Source: an uncultured Bacilli bacterium
Lineage (GTDB): Bacteria; Bacillota_I; Bacilli_A; RF39; UBA660
Length of the DNA stretch: 32,816 bases
Reading direction: 5' to 3'
Assembly (NCBI GenBank): GCA_947853245.1
Contig: CANTWP010000107.1
Span: 1 to 32,816 of the forward strand
Shown here: one piece after another, positions 15,631 to 24,065 of the stretch
Layout: the number at the start of each line of letters is the position of its first letter
How positions within the stretch are numbered: position 1 is the first letter of the stretch
The notes under the pieces: generated by a model
Told to the model about the DNA's origin: nothing
Database searches by the model: none
The model's input: the letters and a program-made list of their open reading frames with translations, nothing else
Made by a program: the position numbers and the translations under genes

Positions 15631-18543
15631 TAGTTTTTCTAACTTATTGGCAACCAGCTGATACTTATCAAAACGTTTTTCAACCTTACCACTAAATTTG
15701 ACAACTGTTTTAGTTTCTATATCATTATATTGATCATAAATTTTTGGAAATAATACTACATCTAAATTAGATATTTCATCACTTACAGTTAAAAAACACA
15801 TTTTGGTATTACTTTTAGTATTTATTTCTTTAATATTATCTATATACGCAATAACTTCTATTTCTCTATTAAAATATAAAGCTACATCACTTATTTCTAC
15901 CGTATTTGGATATCTCTTTTTATATTCTGTGACAGGATGATTACTTAAATAAAAACCAAAGATATCTAATTCCATTTGCATTATTTCTACTTTAGAATAT
16001 TCTTCTACTTCTTGAATAACAGGTTTTAAAGATTCATCATCTTCTAAGAATTCTCCTAATTCACTATAATTAATAATAATATCCAAGTTATCTATAAGTG
16101 TCTTTTTATTATAGCCAAAGTCATCAAAACAACCTGCTAGAATTAAACACTCGAGCGTCTTTTTTGTAACACTTTTGCCATAACATCTTTTAGCAAAATC
16201 AAATATATCTTTAAAATCTTGCTTATTTCGTTCTTCTATAATCATGTTTGTTGCATTAATTCCTACATTTTTAATACATGTAAGTGGGAATAAAATACTA
16301 TTATTATAAATAGTATAATTATTTAAACTATGATTAATATTAGGCTTTAAAATCGTTATACCGCTTGCTTTACATTCATAAATATATTCTTTAGTTTTAA
16401 TCTCACTACCAATATTAGAAGTAAGTAAACTCTTCATAAATAAAAATGGATAATGAGCTTTTAGATAAGCCATACGATAAGAAATCATAGAATACGCAAC
16501 CGAATGTGCACGGTTAAAACCATAAGAAGCAAATTTAAGTATTAAATTATATACTTTCGTAGCAGTTTCTAAACTATATCCATTAGCAACACTTCTACTT
16601 ATAAACTTCTCTTTTTCATCTAAAAGAACACTTTCTTTTTTCTTACTCATAGCACGTCTTAAAACATCAGCTTCACCTAATGAATAGCCCGCAAGTATAT
16701 TAGCTATTTGCATAATTTGTTCTTGATAAACAATAATACCATAAGTAGGTTTTAATATATCCTCTAACGAAGGATCTAAATAATCTATTTTTTCTTTACC
16801 ATGTTTTCTTTTAATATAAGAATCTATATTATTCATAGGTCCCGGACGAAAAAGCGCTAAAGCCGCAATAACATCTTCCATCGAAGTAGGCTTAAACTTT
16901 CTTAAGAAATTAAGCATACCACTTGATTCAAATTGAAATATACCACTAGTATTTGCCGTTGTAAATACACTAAGGGCTTTCGGATCGTTATCTGGGATAT
17001 CATCAAATTTAATTCCCGCCTCATCAATAATGTCTTTTATAAGAGTTAAATTACGAAGTGCTAAAAAATCCATCTTTAAAAGACCAATCTCCTCTAAATA
17101 TTCCATCGAATAACCAGTTGTATAAAAATCATTATGTCCTTTATCTAATGGAATAATCGTATCTAAATCATGCTTACTCATAACTATTCCCGCAGCATGA
17201 ATACTAGTATGTCTTTTTAACCCCTCTATTTTACTTGCTATTTTATAAACTCTCTTCAAATCATCATTTATTTCTAAGTAATCCCGTAACCTAGCATTCT
17301 CTTTATAATTATCTTTTAAATTAAGTGACGAACTAATATAAGAACATACACGATCGATCATCTGTAAAGAAACATTCATTGTTCTACCAACATCCCTAAT
17401 CGCCTGTTTAGCACCTAATGTTCCAAAAGTAATTATTGGTGCTACTTTTTTAACACCATATTTTTTAATACAATAATTAACTACTTCTTCTCTCCTAGTA
17501 TACTCAAAATCAATATCTATATCTGGCATAGTTACACGCTCTGGATTTAAAAAACGTTCAAACAACAATTTATGTTTAATTGGATCAATAGTTGTAATAT
17601 TTAAAACATACGATACTAAAGAACCAGCCGCACTTCCTCTACCAGGTCCTACTAAAATATCATATGTTTTACAATAGTTTACATAATCCCAAACTACTAA
17701 AAAATAATTACAAAATCCCATTTTTTCAATCACAGACAATTCATATTTTAAGCGTTCTACGTAAACTTTACCAACTGACTGCCCAAAAATTCTTCTTAAA
17801 CCATCAATACATAGTTTCTTTAGATACTCTGAAGCACTCTTACCATCTGGGCATGGATATTCAGGAAGCAAATCCAACTCCTGAGAAAATACTACATTAC
17901 AATTGTTAGTAATATAATCATTATTTTTTAAATCTTGGCCATTTATTTTTTGGACCTCTTCTAATGAATTAATATAACAATTATTATTAGTAATTTCTAT
18001 TTTATCAACGGTCACACCATCTCTAATTGCTAAAACGTATGGCAAATATTCAATATCTTCTTTAGTAAGCGCTAATGTTTCATTAACAAATACTAAATTA
18101 TCTCCCTCTAATTCTTTCCTTTGCTCTTTATCAGCATAACCCTTAAAAATATCTGTATAAATATCTTCTAAACTTGAATAAATAGATAAACTAGTAAATG
18201 GAACAATACAAATTAAACCAATTTTATGACTTTTTAACTCTTTAAGATCAATCTTATTTTCAGATTGTTTAGTGCATAAATAAATTAAATTTGTATAACC
18301 TATATTATTTTTACAATAAAGTAAAATTTTATTATCATTTAATTTTATTTCCAAACCAATTATTGGTTTAATACCATTTTTTTTACATAAATGGTAAAAA
18401 TCCATAACTCCATACATAGTATTATCACAGATACTAAGTGAGGTTAAATGATTTTTTAATCCGTATTCTATCATTCCCTCGATAGTAATAATACTACTAA
18501 GTAAAGAATTGTGAGTTTTAACATATAATGGTGTATAGTTCAT
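15625..18543 (-). CDS. dnaE: DNA polymerase III alpha subunit (DnaE type)
   Basis: 972 aa with an N-terminal PHP domain, polymerase core motifs (PDIDIDF, HAAGIVMS, FQFESSGM, LFRPGPM, YQEQIMQ) and a C-terminal OB fold. Confidence 0.95.
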   Translation of the reverse strand: MNYTPLYVKTHNSLLSSIITIEGMIEYGLKNHLTSLSICDNTMYGVMDFYHLCKKNGIKPIIGLEIKLNDNKILLYCKNNIGYTNLIYLCTKQSENKIDLKELKSHKIGLICIVPFTSLSIYSSLEDIYTDIFKGYADKEQRKELEGDNLVFVNETLALTKEDIEYLPYVLAIRDGVTVDKIEITNNNCYINSLEEVQKINGQDLKNNDYITNNCNVVFSQELDLLPEYPCPDGKSASEYLKKLCIDGLRRIFGQSVGKVYVERLKYELSVIEKMGFCNYFLVVWDYVNYCKTYDILVGPGRGSAAGSLVSYVLNITTIDPIKHKLLFERFLNPERVTMPDIDIDFEYTRREEVVNYCIKKYGVKKVAPIITFGTLGAKQAIRDVGRTMNVSLQMIDRVCSYISSSLNLKDNYKENARLRDYLEINDDLKRVYKIASKIEGLKRHTSIHAAGIVMSKHDLDTIIPLDKGHNDFYTTGYSMEYLEEIGLLKMDFLALRNLTLIKDIIDEAGIKFDDIPDNDPKALSVFTTANTSGIFQFESSGMLNFLRKFKPTSMEDVIAALALFRPGPMNNIDSYIKRKHGKEKIDYLDPSLEDILKPTYGIIVYQEQIMQIANILAGYSLGEADVLRRAMSKKKESVLLDEKEKFISRSVANGYSLETATKVYNLILKFASYGFNRAHSVAYSMISYRMAYLKAHYPFLFMKSLLTSNIGSEIKTKEYIYECKASGITILKPNINHSLNNYTIYNNSILFPLTCIKNVGINATNMIIEERNKQDFKDIFDFAKRCYGKSVTKKTLECLILAGCFDDFGYNKKTLIDNLDIIINYSELGEFLEDDESLKPVIQEVEEYSKVEIMQMELDIFGFYLSNHPVTEYKKRYPNTVEISDVALYFNREIEVIAYIDNIKEINTKSNTKMCFLTVSDEISNLDVVLFPKIYDQYNDIETKTVVKFSGKVEKRFDKYQLVANKLEKLK

Positions 18544-18609
18544 AATTTAACCTCCCATATTCATTTTACTATATTTTGCAACTTTTTTAAATATTTTAAT
18601 CATTAATAT

Positions 18610-18638
18610 TTGACTTAATTAAAATATTATGGTAAAGT
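18610..18638 (+). promoter_or_regulatory. Candidate promoter of rpmB
   Basis: TTGACT (18610-18615), a 17-nt spacer, then TAAAGT (18633-18638). Confidence 0.4.
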
Positions 18639-18679
18639 TATAAAGCATGGGAGAAGTTTATAAAAAAGGAGGATTTACT

Positions 18680-18850
18680 ATGGCTAAGAAGATTACTTCA
18701 ACAAAACCTTTATTTGGAAATAAAAGATCACATTCTTGTAGAGCTACTAGACATGCTCAAAAACCAAACTTACAAAAAGTAACATTAGATGATGGTCAAA
18801 CTATTCGTATGACTTCAAGAGAGTTAAGAGCATTAAAAAAAGCAGCTTAA
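18680..18850 (+). CDS. rpmB: 50S ribosomal protein L28
   Basis: I trimmed this to MAKKITS at ATG 18680, with AAGGAGG upstream. The GNKRSHSCRATRHAQKPNLQKV pattern matches L28. Confidence 0.9.
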   Translation: MAKKITSTKPLFGNKRSHSCRATRHAQKPNLQKVTLDDGQTIRMTSRELRALKKAA

Positions 18851-18860
18851 ATAAAATATA

Positions 18861-18893
18861 AAACACTCGAGAATTAATCTCGAGTGTTTTTTT
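18861..18893. terminator. Bidirectional terminator between rpmB and the PBP gene
   Basis: AAACACTCGAG (18861-18871), loop AATTAAT, CTCGAGTGTTT (18879-18889), then a T run. Confidence 0.75.
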
Positions 18894-21018
18894 ATAATTT
18901 GCTTTTTAAAATAACTTTAAGTTTAGAATTAGTTGTTAATAATGTACCATAATCAATACTCTGATAAGAAGCAAAACCATATCCATCAAAGGTACATTCT
19001 AAATTAATCATTTTACACAATGTATTTATATCTTTATAAGACCATCCTTTAATATTTGGCATAGAAATATTAGTGCTATTAGTTTTTAATATGATTTTTT
19101 CTCCTTCTAAAATAAAGTCACCAATTTCTTTAGATTGAGATATAACACGATCACCATCACCTAATACAACAACATCAATATTTAAATCTTCTAACTTAGC
19201 GGTAACATCATCTATATTCTGATTCAAATATGATTTAACTGTATATCCTTTTAAATCACCACTATTATCAGATTCCTCGATATTTAAATATTTAGCAATA
19301 TTTTTAATAGTTTCTCTCATTACTTTAGATAATACTGTCGAATTAGTTGGTTTCTTCATAGCGGCATAAAAGATTATTTCAGGATTATCTTTTGGAAACA
19401 TTCCCGCAACTGAATAAACATAATTATTAGCGCCACTACTATATTGATGTGTTTCATTATCAAAATATTGCGCAGTACCTGTTTTTACAATTACATCAAT
19501 ACCATCTACTTTATAACCACGACCTGTAGTACCAGGATCCGTTCCATTAACAACATTACTCATTAATTCTTTCATTTTATTAACCGTTGTTTCAGAAACT
19601 ACCTGTTCACTCTCTTCTTTTTGATATTCATATACAATTTTGTTAGTTCCTTTATCTACTATTTTTTCAATTACCTTAGGTTTAATATATTTACCATTAT
19701 TAGCAATAATCGATAATCCTTGTAAATGTTGAACCGGTGTTGTTAAAATACCCTGGCCAAAACCAGCATTAATAACTTCGATTGGATAATTAAAGTTTAA
19801 AGAACCAGATTGCTCTCTAGATAATTCTATACCTGTTTTAGTACCAAAACCATACTTAGTTAAACAATTTTTTAATTCTTCTTTGGATAATACATCTTTC
19901 ATAATGTTTACTACTGCAATATTAGAAGAATATTCAAAACCTTTATCAAATGTTATAGTACCCCAACCCTTAGCATTCCAATCTTTAATAGTTGTCCCAT
20001 AAATATTATAGGTGCCTGATAGATAAGTTGTATTACCGTTATATTTACCACTTTCTATAGCACACATATAAGTATATATCTTCATAGTTGATCCTGGTTC
20101 ATAAACAAATGATACTAAAGGATTTTCATAATTAGTGATATTTAATATATTTGGATCAAATGAAGGATAATTACTACTACCTAAAATTTTCCCTGTTTTA
20201 GCATCCATTGCAGTTAAAGTTAACCATTCTGGACTTGCTTCTTTGGTTATCTCCGATACAGCAGATTCTAAAAATCTTTGAATGGTAGCATCTATTGTTA
20301 AATATATATCACTACCATCAATAGGATCTTCTGTTTCTTCAGGAGTATCTGGTATTTTATAACCATATACATCACGTTGATACATAGTGTAACCATTAGT
20401 ACCTTGTAATATTTCATTATATTTAGCTTCGATACCCAATTCTCCTACAATACTACCATCATCTTTTCTTTTCGCATATCCAAGTATATAAGAAGCAAAA
20501 TTACCATTAGGATAATATCTTTTTTGTTCCTCTATAAAACCAATACCTGGTAATTCTAACTCTTCAATAGCTTCTTTGGTAAGCTCTGTAATTCCTCTAC
20601 CACCAGGTCCTAATTCAACTTGATAAGCTTTTCTCTTAAGTAAAGATAGGATATATTCCTCACTCATTCCAAGAATTGGCGATAATTTTTTAGCTGTCAG
20701 TTCTTTATCTACTACGTGTCTAGGTCTAGAACTACTACCAGTACGAGTTTCTGAAAGATATGCTACTACGGTATAAGACGAAACATTCAGAGCTAAAGTA
20801 TTTCCATTCTTATCAAATATATTTCCCCTCTTAGCATAAAGAGTAGTATTAACAGTATTACGATTGGCTGCAAAAACTTCCATATTCTTGCCATAAATAC
20901 TTGGAGATAATGACAAATAAGTAAACTTTATAAATAACAATAAAATAAAAACAAGAAAAACATAAAATGTATATCTTGGAAAATTCCAATTACCAGTTTT
21001 CATATCTCTTGTTTTCAT
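18892..21018 (-). CDS. Class B penicillin-binding protein (PBP2B/FtsI type) with two C-terminal PASTA domains
   Basis: 708 aa with an N-terminal TM helix and transpeptidase motifs STMK (YEPGSTMKIY), SSN (FEYSSNIA) and KTGT (IVKTGTAQ). Two PASTA-like ~60-aa modules follow. Its position is after ftsL in the dcw cluster. Confidence 0.9.
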   Translation of the reverse strand: MKTRDMKTGNWNFPRYTFYVFLVFILLLFIKFTYLSLSPSIYGKNMEVFAANRNTVNTTLYAKRGNIFDKNGNTLALNVSSYTVVAYLSETRTGSSSRPRHVVDKELTAKKLSPILGMSEEYILSLLKRKAYQVELGPGGRGITELTKEAIEELELPGIGFIEEQKRYYPNGNFASYILGYAKRKDDGSIVGELGIEAKYNEILQGTNGYTMYQRDVYGYKIPDTPEETEDPIDGSDIYLTIDATIQRFLESAVSEITKEASPEWLTLTAMDAKTGKILGSSNYPSFDPNILNITNYENPLVSFVYEPGSTMKIYTYMCAIESGKYNGNTTYLSGTYNIYGTTIKDWNAKGWGTITFDKGFEYSSNIAVVNIMKDVLSKEELKNCLTKYGFGTKTGIELSREQSGSLNFNYPIEVINAGFGQGILTTPVQHLQGLSIIANNGKYIKPKVIEKIVDKGTNKIVYEYQKEESEQVVSETTVNKMKELMSNVVNGTDPGTTGRGYKVDGIDVIVKTGTAQYFDNETHQYSSGANNYVYSVAGMFPKDNPEIIFYAAMKKPTNSTVLSKVMRETIKNIAKYLNIEESDNSGDLKGYTVKSYLNQNIDDVTAKLEDLNIDVVVLGDGDRVISQSKEIGDFILEGEKIILKTNSTNISMPNIKGWSYKDINTLCKMINLECTFDGYGFASYQSIDYGTLLTTNSKLKVILKSKL

Positions 21019-21030
21019 ATATTCACCTCA

Positions 21031-21321
21031 TTATTTATCAATAATGATAATATTTTCATTATTATAAGCTAAGCCCATATCATCAATGATATCTTTTATA
21101 TTATCAAATGAAGTAAGCTCATTTACTTTCATAGTAAGACTCTCGTTAGTCTTTTTTTGATTATTAATTTTATATTGTGTTTTCTCAATACTCATCTTTA
21201 AATTACTAACACCAGCACCACAAAATATTTTAATTAAAAATATCCCTATTATGGCAAAAGCTGTAAAACAGTACAACAACTTTTCACCTTTAGTAAATTT
21301 AGCTAACTTTCTCTTCTTCAT
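21031..21321 (-). CDS. ftsL: FtsL-like cell-division protein
   Basis: 96 aa, single TM helix, coiled-coil-like ectodomain. It occupies the canonical position between rsmH and the class B PBP gene. Confidence 0.6.
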   Translation of the reverse strand: MKKRKLAKFTKGEKLLYCFTAFAIIGIFLIKIFCGAGVSNLKMSIEKTQYKINNQKKTNESLTMKVNELTSFDNIKDIIDDMGLAYNNENIIIIDK

Positions 21322-21322
21322 A

Positions 21323-22240
21323 CTATTTTACCCTTTCTATAACTCTAAGTCTAGCACTTCTTGAACGATTGTTATCATCTACTTCTGAATCAGTTGGCGC
21401 TATATTAGCAATTATTTTATATTTTGGTTGATATTCTTCTGGAATTATCGGTAAGTTTTTTAATTCTTTAGGGATATCACTCACTGATTTAAATATATCT
21501 TTACAAATTCGATCTTCTAGAGAATGAAAAGTTATTACGCAAACTCTTCCACCTACTTTAATCAAATCTAAAGCTTGTTTCAAACTGTTTTCAAATACCT
21601 CTAACTCATGATTTACTTCAATTCGAATAGCTTGAAATACTTTACGAGCCGGATGATGATTTCTTTTATATTTTTCTGGAACTACAGATTTAATTATTTC
21701 CACTAATTCTCCAGTTGTCTCTATTTCTTTCTCTGCACGGTAATCAACTATTTTTTTAGCTATACTACCAGCATATTTTTCTTCACCAAAATCACGAAAT
21801 ATTTTTATTAAATCTGTATATGAATAAGTATTTACAACTAGTTTAGCTGTTAAACTTTGTTTTTTATCCATACGCATATCTAAAATGGCATCATTATGAA
21901 AACTAAATCCCCGATCTGCTTTATCTAACTGTGGAGAAGAAACTCCTAAATCATATAAAATCCCATCTACTTCTGTAACATTTCTTTTTTCTAATTCACT
22001 TTTAATATTGACAAAATTACTATATATAATTTCATAATTATTGCCAATTCCACTTAATCTTTTACTACTAAATTCAATTGCATCTTGATCTTGATCAAAG
22101 GCGAAAAGAAACCCCTTTTTAATTTCCTTTAGCACATTACTACTATGTCCCCCATACCCTAGAGTACAATCAACTATAACACTATTCTCTTTTAACTTTA
22201 AATATGCAATGCTTTCATTTAACAAAACACTTATATGCAT
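21323..22240 (-). CDS. rsmH: 16S rRNA (cytosine1402-N4)-methyltransferase
   Basis: 305 aa with DCTLGYGGHS, FDQD, DLGVSSPQLD and TFHSLEDR motifs. Confidence 0.95.
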   Translation of the reverse strand: MHISVLLNESIAYLKLKENSVIVDCTLGYGGHSSNVLKEIKKGFLFAFDQDQDAIEFSSKRLSGIGNNYEIIYSNFVNIKSELEKRNVTEVDGILYDLGVSSPQLDKADRGFSFHNDAILDMRMDKKQSLTAKLVVNTYSYTDLIKIFRDFGEEKYAGSIAKKIVDYRAEKEIETTGELVEIIKSVVPEKYKRNHHPARKVFQAIRIEVNHELEVFENSLKQALDLIKVGGRVCVITFHSLEDRICKDIFKSVSDIPKELKNLPIIPEEYQPKYKIIANIAPTDSEVDDNNRSRSARLRVIERVK

Positions 22241-22243
22241 AAA

Positions 22244-22678
22244 TTATTTATCTAAAGTACCATAGAATAATTCATCAGCCATCGCTACCAAATCAGCTTG
22301 ATTAGTAGTTAAGAAATCATTCCATCTTTCTTTACCCCAGATTTCCAAATGATCATCAACACCCATGATGACACATTCTTTTTTAATTCCAGCATATTCA
22401 ATTAAATTAGCGTTAATACTTAGTCGACCTTGTTTATCTAGTTGGCATGCACTAGCAGACGATAATACAAAACGTAAATAAGTGCGGGCAGTTTTAACAT
22501 TAGGTAATTGTTTATATTTGCCTATAATATTGTTCCAAGAACTTTTAGGATACAAACACAAACAACCATCTAAGTCACAACTCATAATAAATTCATTACC
22601 CAAGTCAGTACGTAACTTGACTGGAATAATGATTCTACCTTTTTCATCAATTGTGTAATAAAATGAACCAAGAAACAT
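22244..22678 (-). CDS. mraZ: Transcriptional regulator MraZ
   Basis: I trimmed this to MFLGSFYYTIDEKGRIIIPVKLR at ATG 22678. It has two SpoVT/AbrB-like halves, each carrying a DxxGR motif (DEKGR, DKQGR). Confidence 0.9.
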   Translation of the reverse strand: MFLGSFYYTIDEKGRIIIPVKLRTDLGNEFIMSCDLDGCLCLYPKSSWNNIIGKYKQLPNVKTARTYLRFVLSSASACQLDKQGRLSINANLIEYAGIKKECVIMGVDDHLEIWGKERWNDFLTTNQADLVAMADELFYGTLDK

Positions 22679-22685
22679 AAAATCA

Positions 22686-22719
22686 CCACTTTCCCCCACT
22701 ATCGTCCACTGCCTACCAC
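22686..22719 (-). promoter_or_regulatory. Putative MraZ operator: four direct GTGG repeats with exact 10-bp phasing
   Basis: The minus strand reads GTGGtaggcaGTGGacgataGTGGgggaaaGTGGtg. On the plus strand CCAC sits at 22686, 22696, 22706 and 22716. The element lies between the -10 and the mraZ ATG. Confidence 0.6.
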
Positions 22720-22720
22720 A

Positions 22721-22749
22721 ATTGTACTATTTTTATCCATATTTGTAAA
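22721..22749 (-). promoter_or_regulatory. dcw (mraZ) promoter
   Basis: On the minus strand, TTTACA (22744-22749), a 17-nt spacer, then TACAAT (22721-22726). Confidence 0.55.
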
Positions 22750-22782
22750 TGCTTTTTACATTATTTTACAAATTTAACCATG

Positions 22783-22810
22783 TAAAAAAAGACATTAAGA
22801 ACTGATTTAA
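22783..22810. repeat. Left terminal inverted repeat of the IS remnant
   Basis: TAAAAAAAGACATTAAGAACTGATTTAA. It contains 12-nt and 14-nt perfect blocks matching the reverse complement of 23447-23475, with one indel/mismatch between the blocks. Confidence 0.65.
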
Positions 22811-22838
22811 AGAAAATCTACTGGATCGGTTACAATAA

Positions 22839-23420
22839 ATTAGACAGAAAAAGAAAAATAAAGGTAAATATACAGTTACAACAAAAGATAATGAAAAGAA
22901 ATATACTTATCAAAATATAGCGGAAAACATTAATATAGATGATATTTATAAAGTGATATCTACTGATACAACAGAAGTAAAATTAGAAGAAGATGGAAAA
23001 CAAAATGTATCGTTCTTTATAGATGCATATAGTACTGAAATAGTAGTAGCTTGTATTAGTAAATCATTAAATAATGATTTTATAGAATACAATTTAAACC
23101 TATTAAATAATACAGATTATAGATTAGATGAAGTAGTATTACATTCGGATCGAGGAGGAATGTATAAAAGTGGAATATACAATACAAAAACCGCTGAAAT
23201 GAATCTTATTCCAGGTATGTCTGCCCCTTACACATGCGCACATAATCCCTGGATAGAAACTCTCAACGGTCAATTTAAAGACTTCATCAAGAACAATTAT
23301 CCCAAAAATCTTGATGAACTACAAATTGCATTAAACAAATTTGTATACTATAATAATAACATAAAAATCAAAAATAAACTTAAAACTACATCGATTAATT
23401 ATCGATGTAGTCATAGTTAG
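22839..23420 (+). pseudogene. 5'-truncated IS3-family (rve integrase core) transposase
   Basis: The frame is open from just after a TAA at 22836-22838. Translated, it reads ...KKKNKGKYTVTTKDNEKKYTYQNIAENINIDDIYKVISTDTTEV (the W-TDITE-like first Asp block), LHSDRGGMYKS (second Asp), NPWIETLNGQFK (Glu) and FVYYNNN...INYR (the C-terminal IS3 motif). There is no ATG, no N-terminal HTH region and no RBS. The GTG at 22953 used by the ORF track is an arbitrary start. Confidence 0.7.
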
Positions 23421-23446
23421 AACTTTTTATTTTGTGTATGAATTTA

Positions 23447-23475
23447 TTAAATCAGTTCTTTATTGTCTTTTTTTA
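23447..23475. repeat. Right terminal inverted repeat of the IS remnant
   Basis: TTAAATCAGTTCTTTATTGTCTTTTTTTA, which is the reverse complement of the left repeat apart from one extra base. Confidence 0.65.
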
Positions 23476-23494
23476 TTTTATAATTAATATTTTA

Positions 23495-23923
23495 TTAAAA
23501 TCCAAGTTTTCTTAATTCATCTTCGATAGTTTCATCATTTAAACCAGCCATGTATTTATCAAATTTTTCCTTATTCCATAATTCAAAGCAATTATTCATT
23601 CCTAACAACCAACAAGTTTCTGTTATTTCAGCAAGCTTTAAAAAATCTTCAGCAATTAGTAATTCACCAAATTCATTTACTTGAACAAGCTTAGCCGAAG
23701 AAAGCATGTTTTCAAATGCAAGCATTAAATTTTTATCTAAATTAGACTTTGTTATTGTTTTTTTATACTCTTCCCATTTGTTAAGTGGAAACACAGCTAT
23801 ACACTTAGTATCAAAATCAATAGCTAATATTACTCTATCGCCAAATTCTGATTGCAATTTTTTAGGAATTTGTATTTTACCATTTTTACTAACTTTTAAA
23901 TTATAATTTCCTACTATAGACAT
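23495..23923 (-). CDS. Divergent MraZ-like (double SpoVT/AbrB fold) paralogue lacking both DxxGR arginines
   Basis: I trimmed this to MSIVGNYNLKVSKNGKIQIPKKLQ at ATG 23923, with AGGTGG upstream. It aligns along its whole length with the adjacent MraZ (G.Y...D.KG.I.IP.KL; LSSA...G.L.I; C...G....E.W.KE). SKNGK and NEFGE replace DEKGR and DKQGR. Confidence 0.7.
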   Translation of the reverse strand: MSIVGNYNLKVSKNGKIQIPKKLQSEFGDRVILAIDFDTKCIAVFPLNKWEEYKKTITKSNLDKNLMLAFENMLSSAKLVQVNEFGELLIAEDFLKLAEITETCWLLGMNNCFELWNKEKFDKYMAGLNDETIEDELRKLGF

Positions 23924-24032
23924 TTTACCACCTATTATCATTTTACTATATTAATATTTTTTAGTAAATAACTAATTACAAAAAACATAGCTTATTTATT
24001 ATTATTTTTTAATTTAAAATTATATAATTTAG

Positions 24033-24065
24033 ATAAAAAATACAAGAAAACTAAATTTCTTGTAT
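24033..24065 (-). terminator. Rho-independent terminator of the RNase J gene
   Basis: ATACAAGAAA (24040-24049) pairs with TTTCTTGTAT (24056-24065) and spans the stop codon. On the minus strand it is followed by TTTTTA. Confidence 0.6.

Larger units (their letters stand above)
22783..23475 (+). mobile_element. Internally deleted IS3-family insertion sequence remnant (~0.7 kb) retaining both terminal inverted repeats
   Basis: Imperfect ~28-bp inverted repeats (TAAAAAAAGACA..AAGAACTGATTTAA) bracket a 5'-truncated rve/DDE transposase reading frame. The HTH/orfA part is absent. Confidence 0.65.

Noticed and set aside
22953-23420. The track ORF (155 aa, GTG start), which could be taken as an intact transposase gene.
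   Set aside because: The frame is open upstream to 22839 with IS3-like sequence but has no ATG or RBS, and the entire HTH/orfA region is missing. I call it a truncated pseudogene within an IS remnant.
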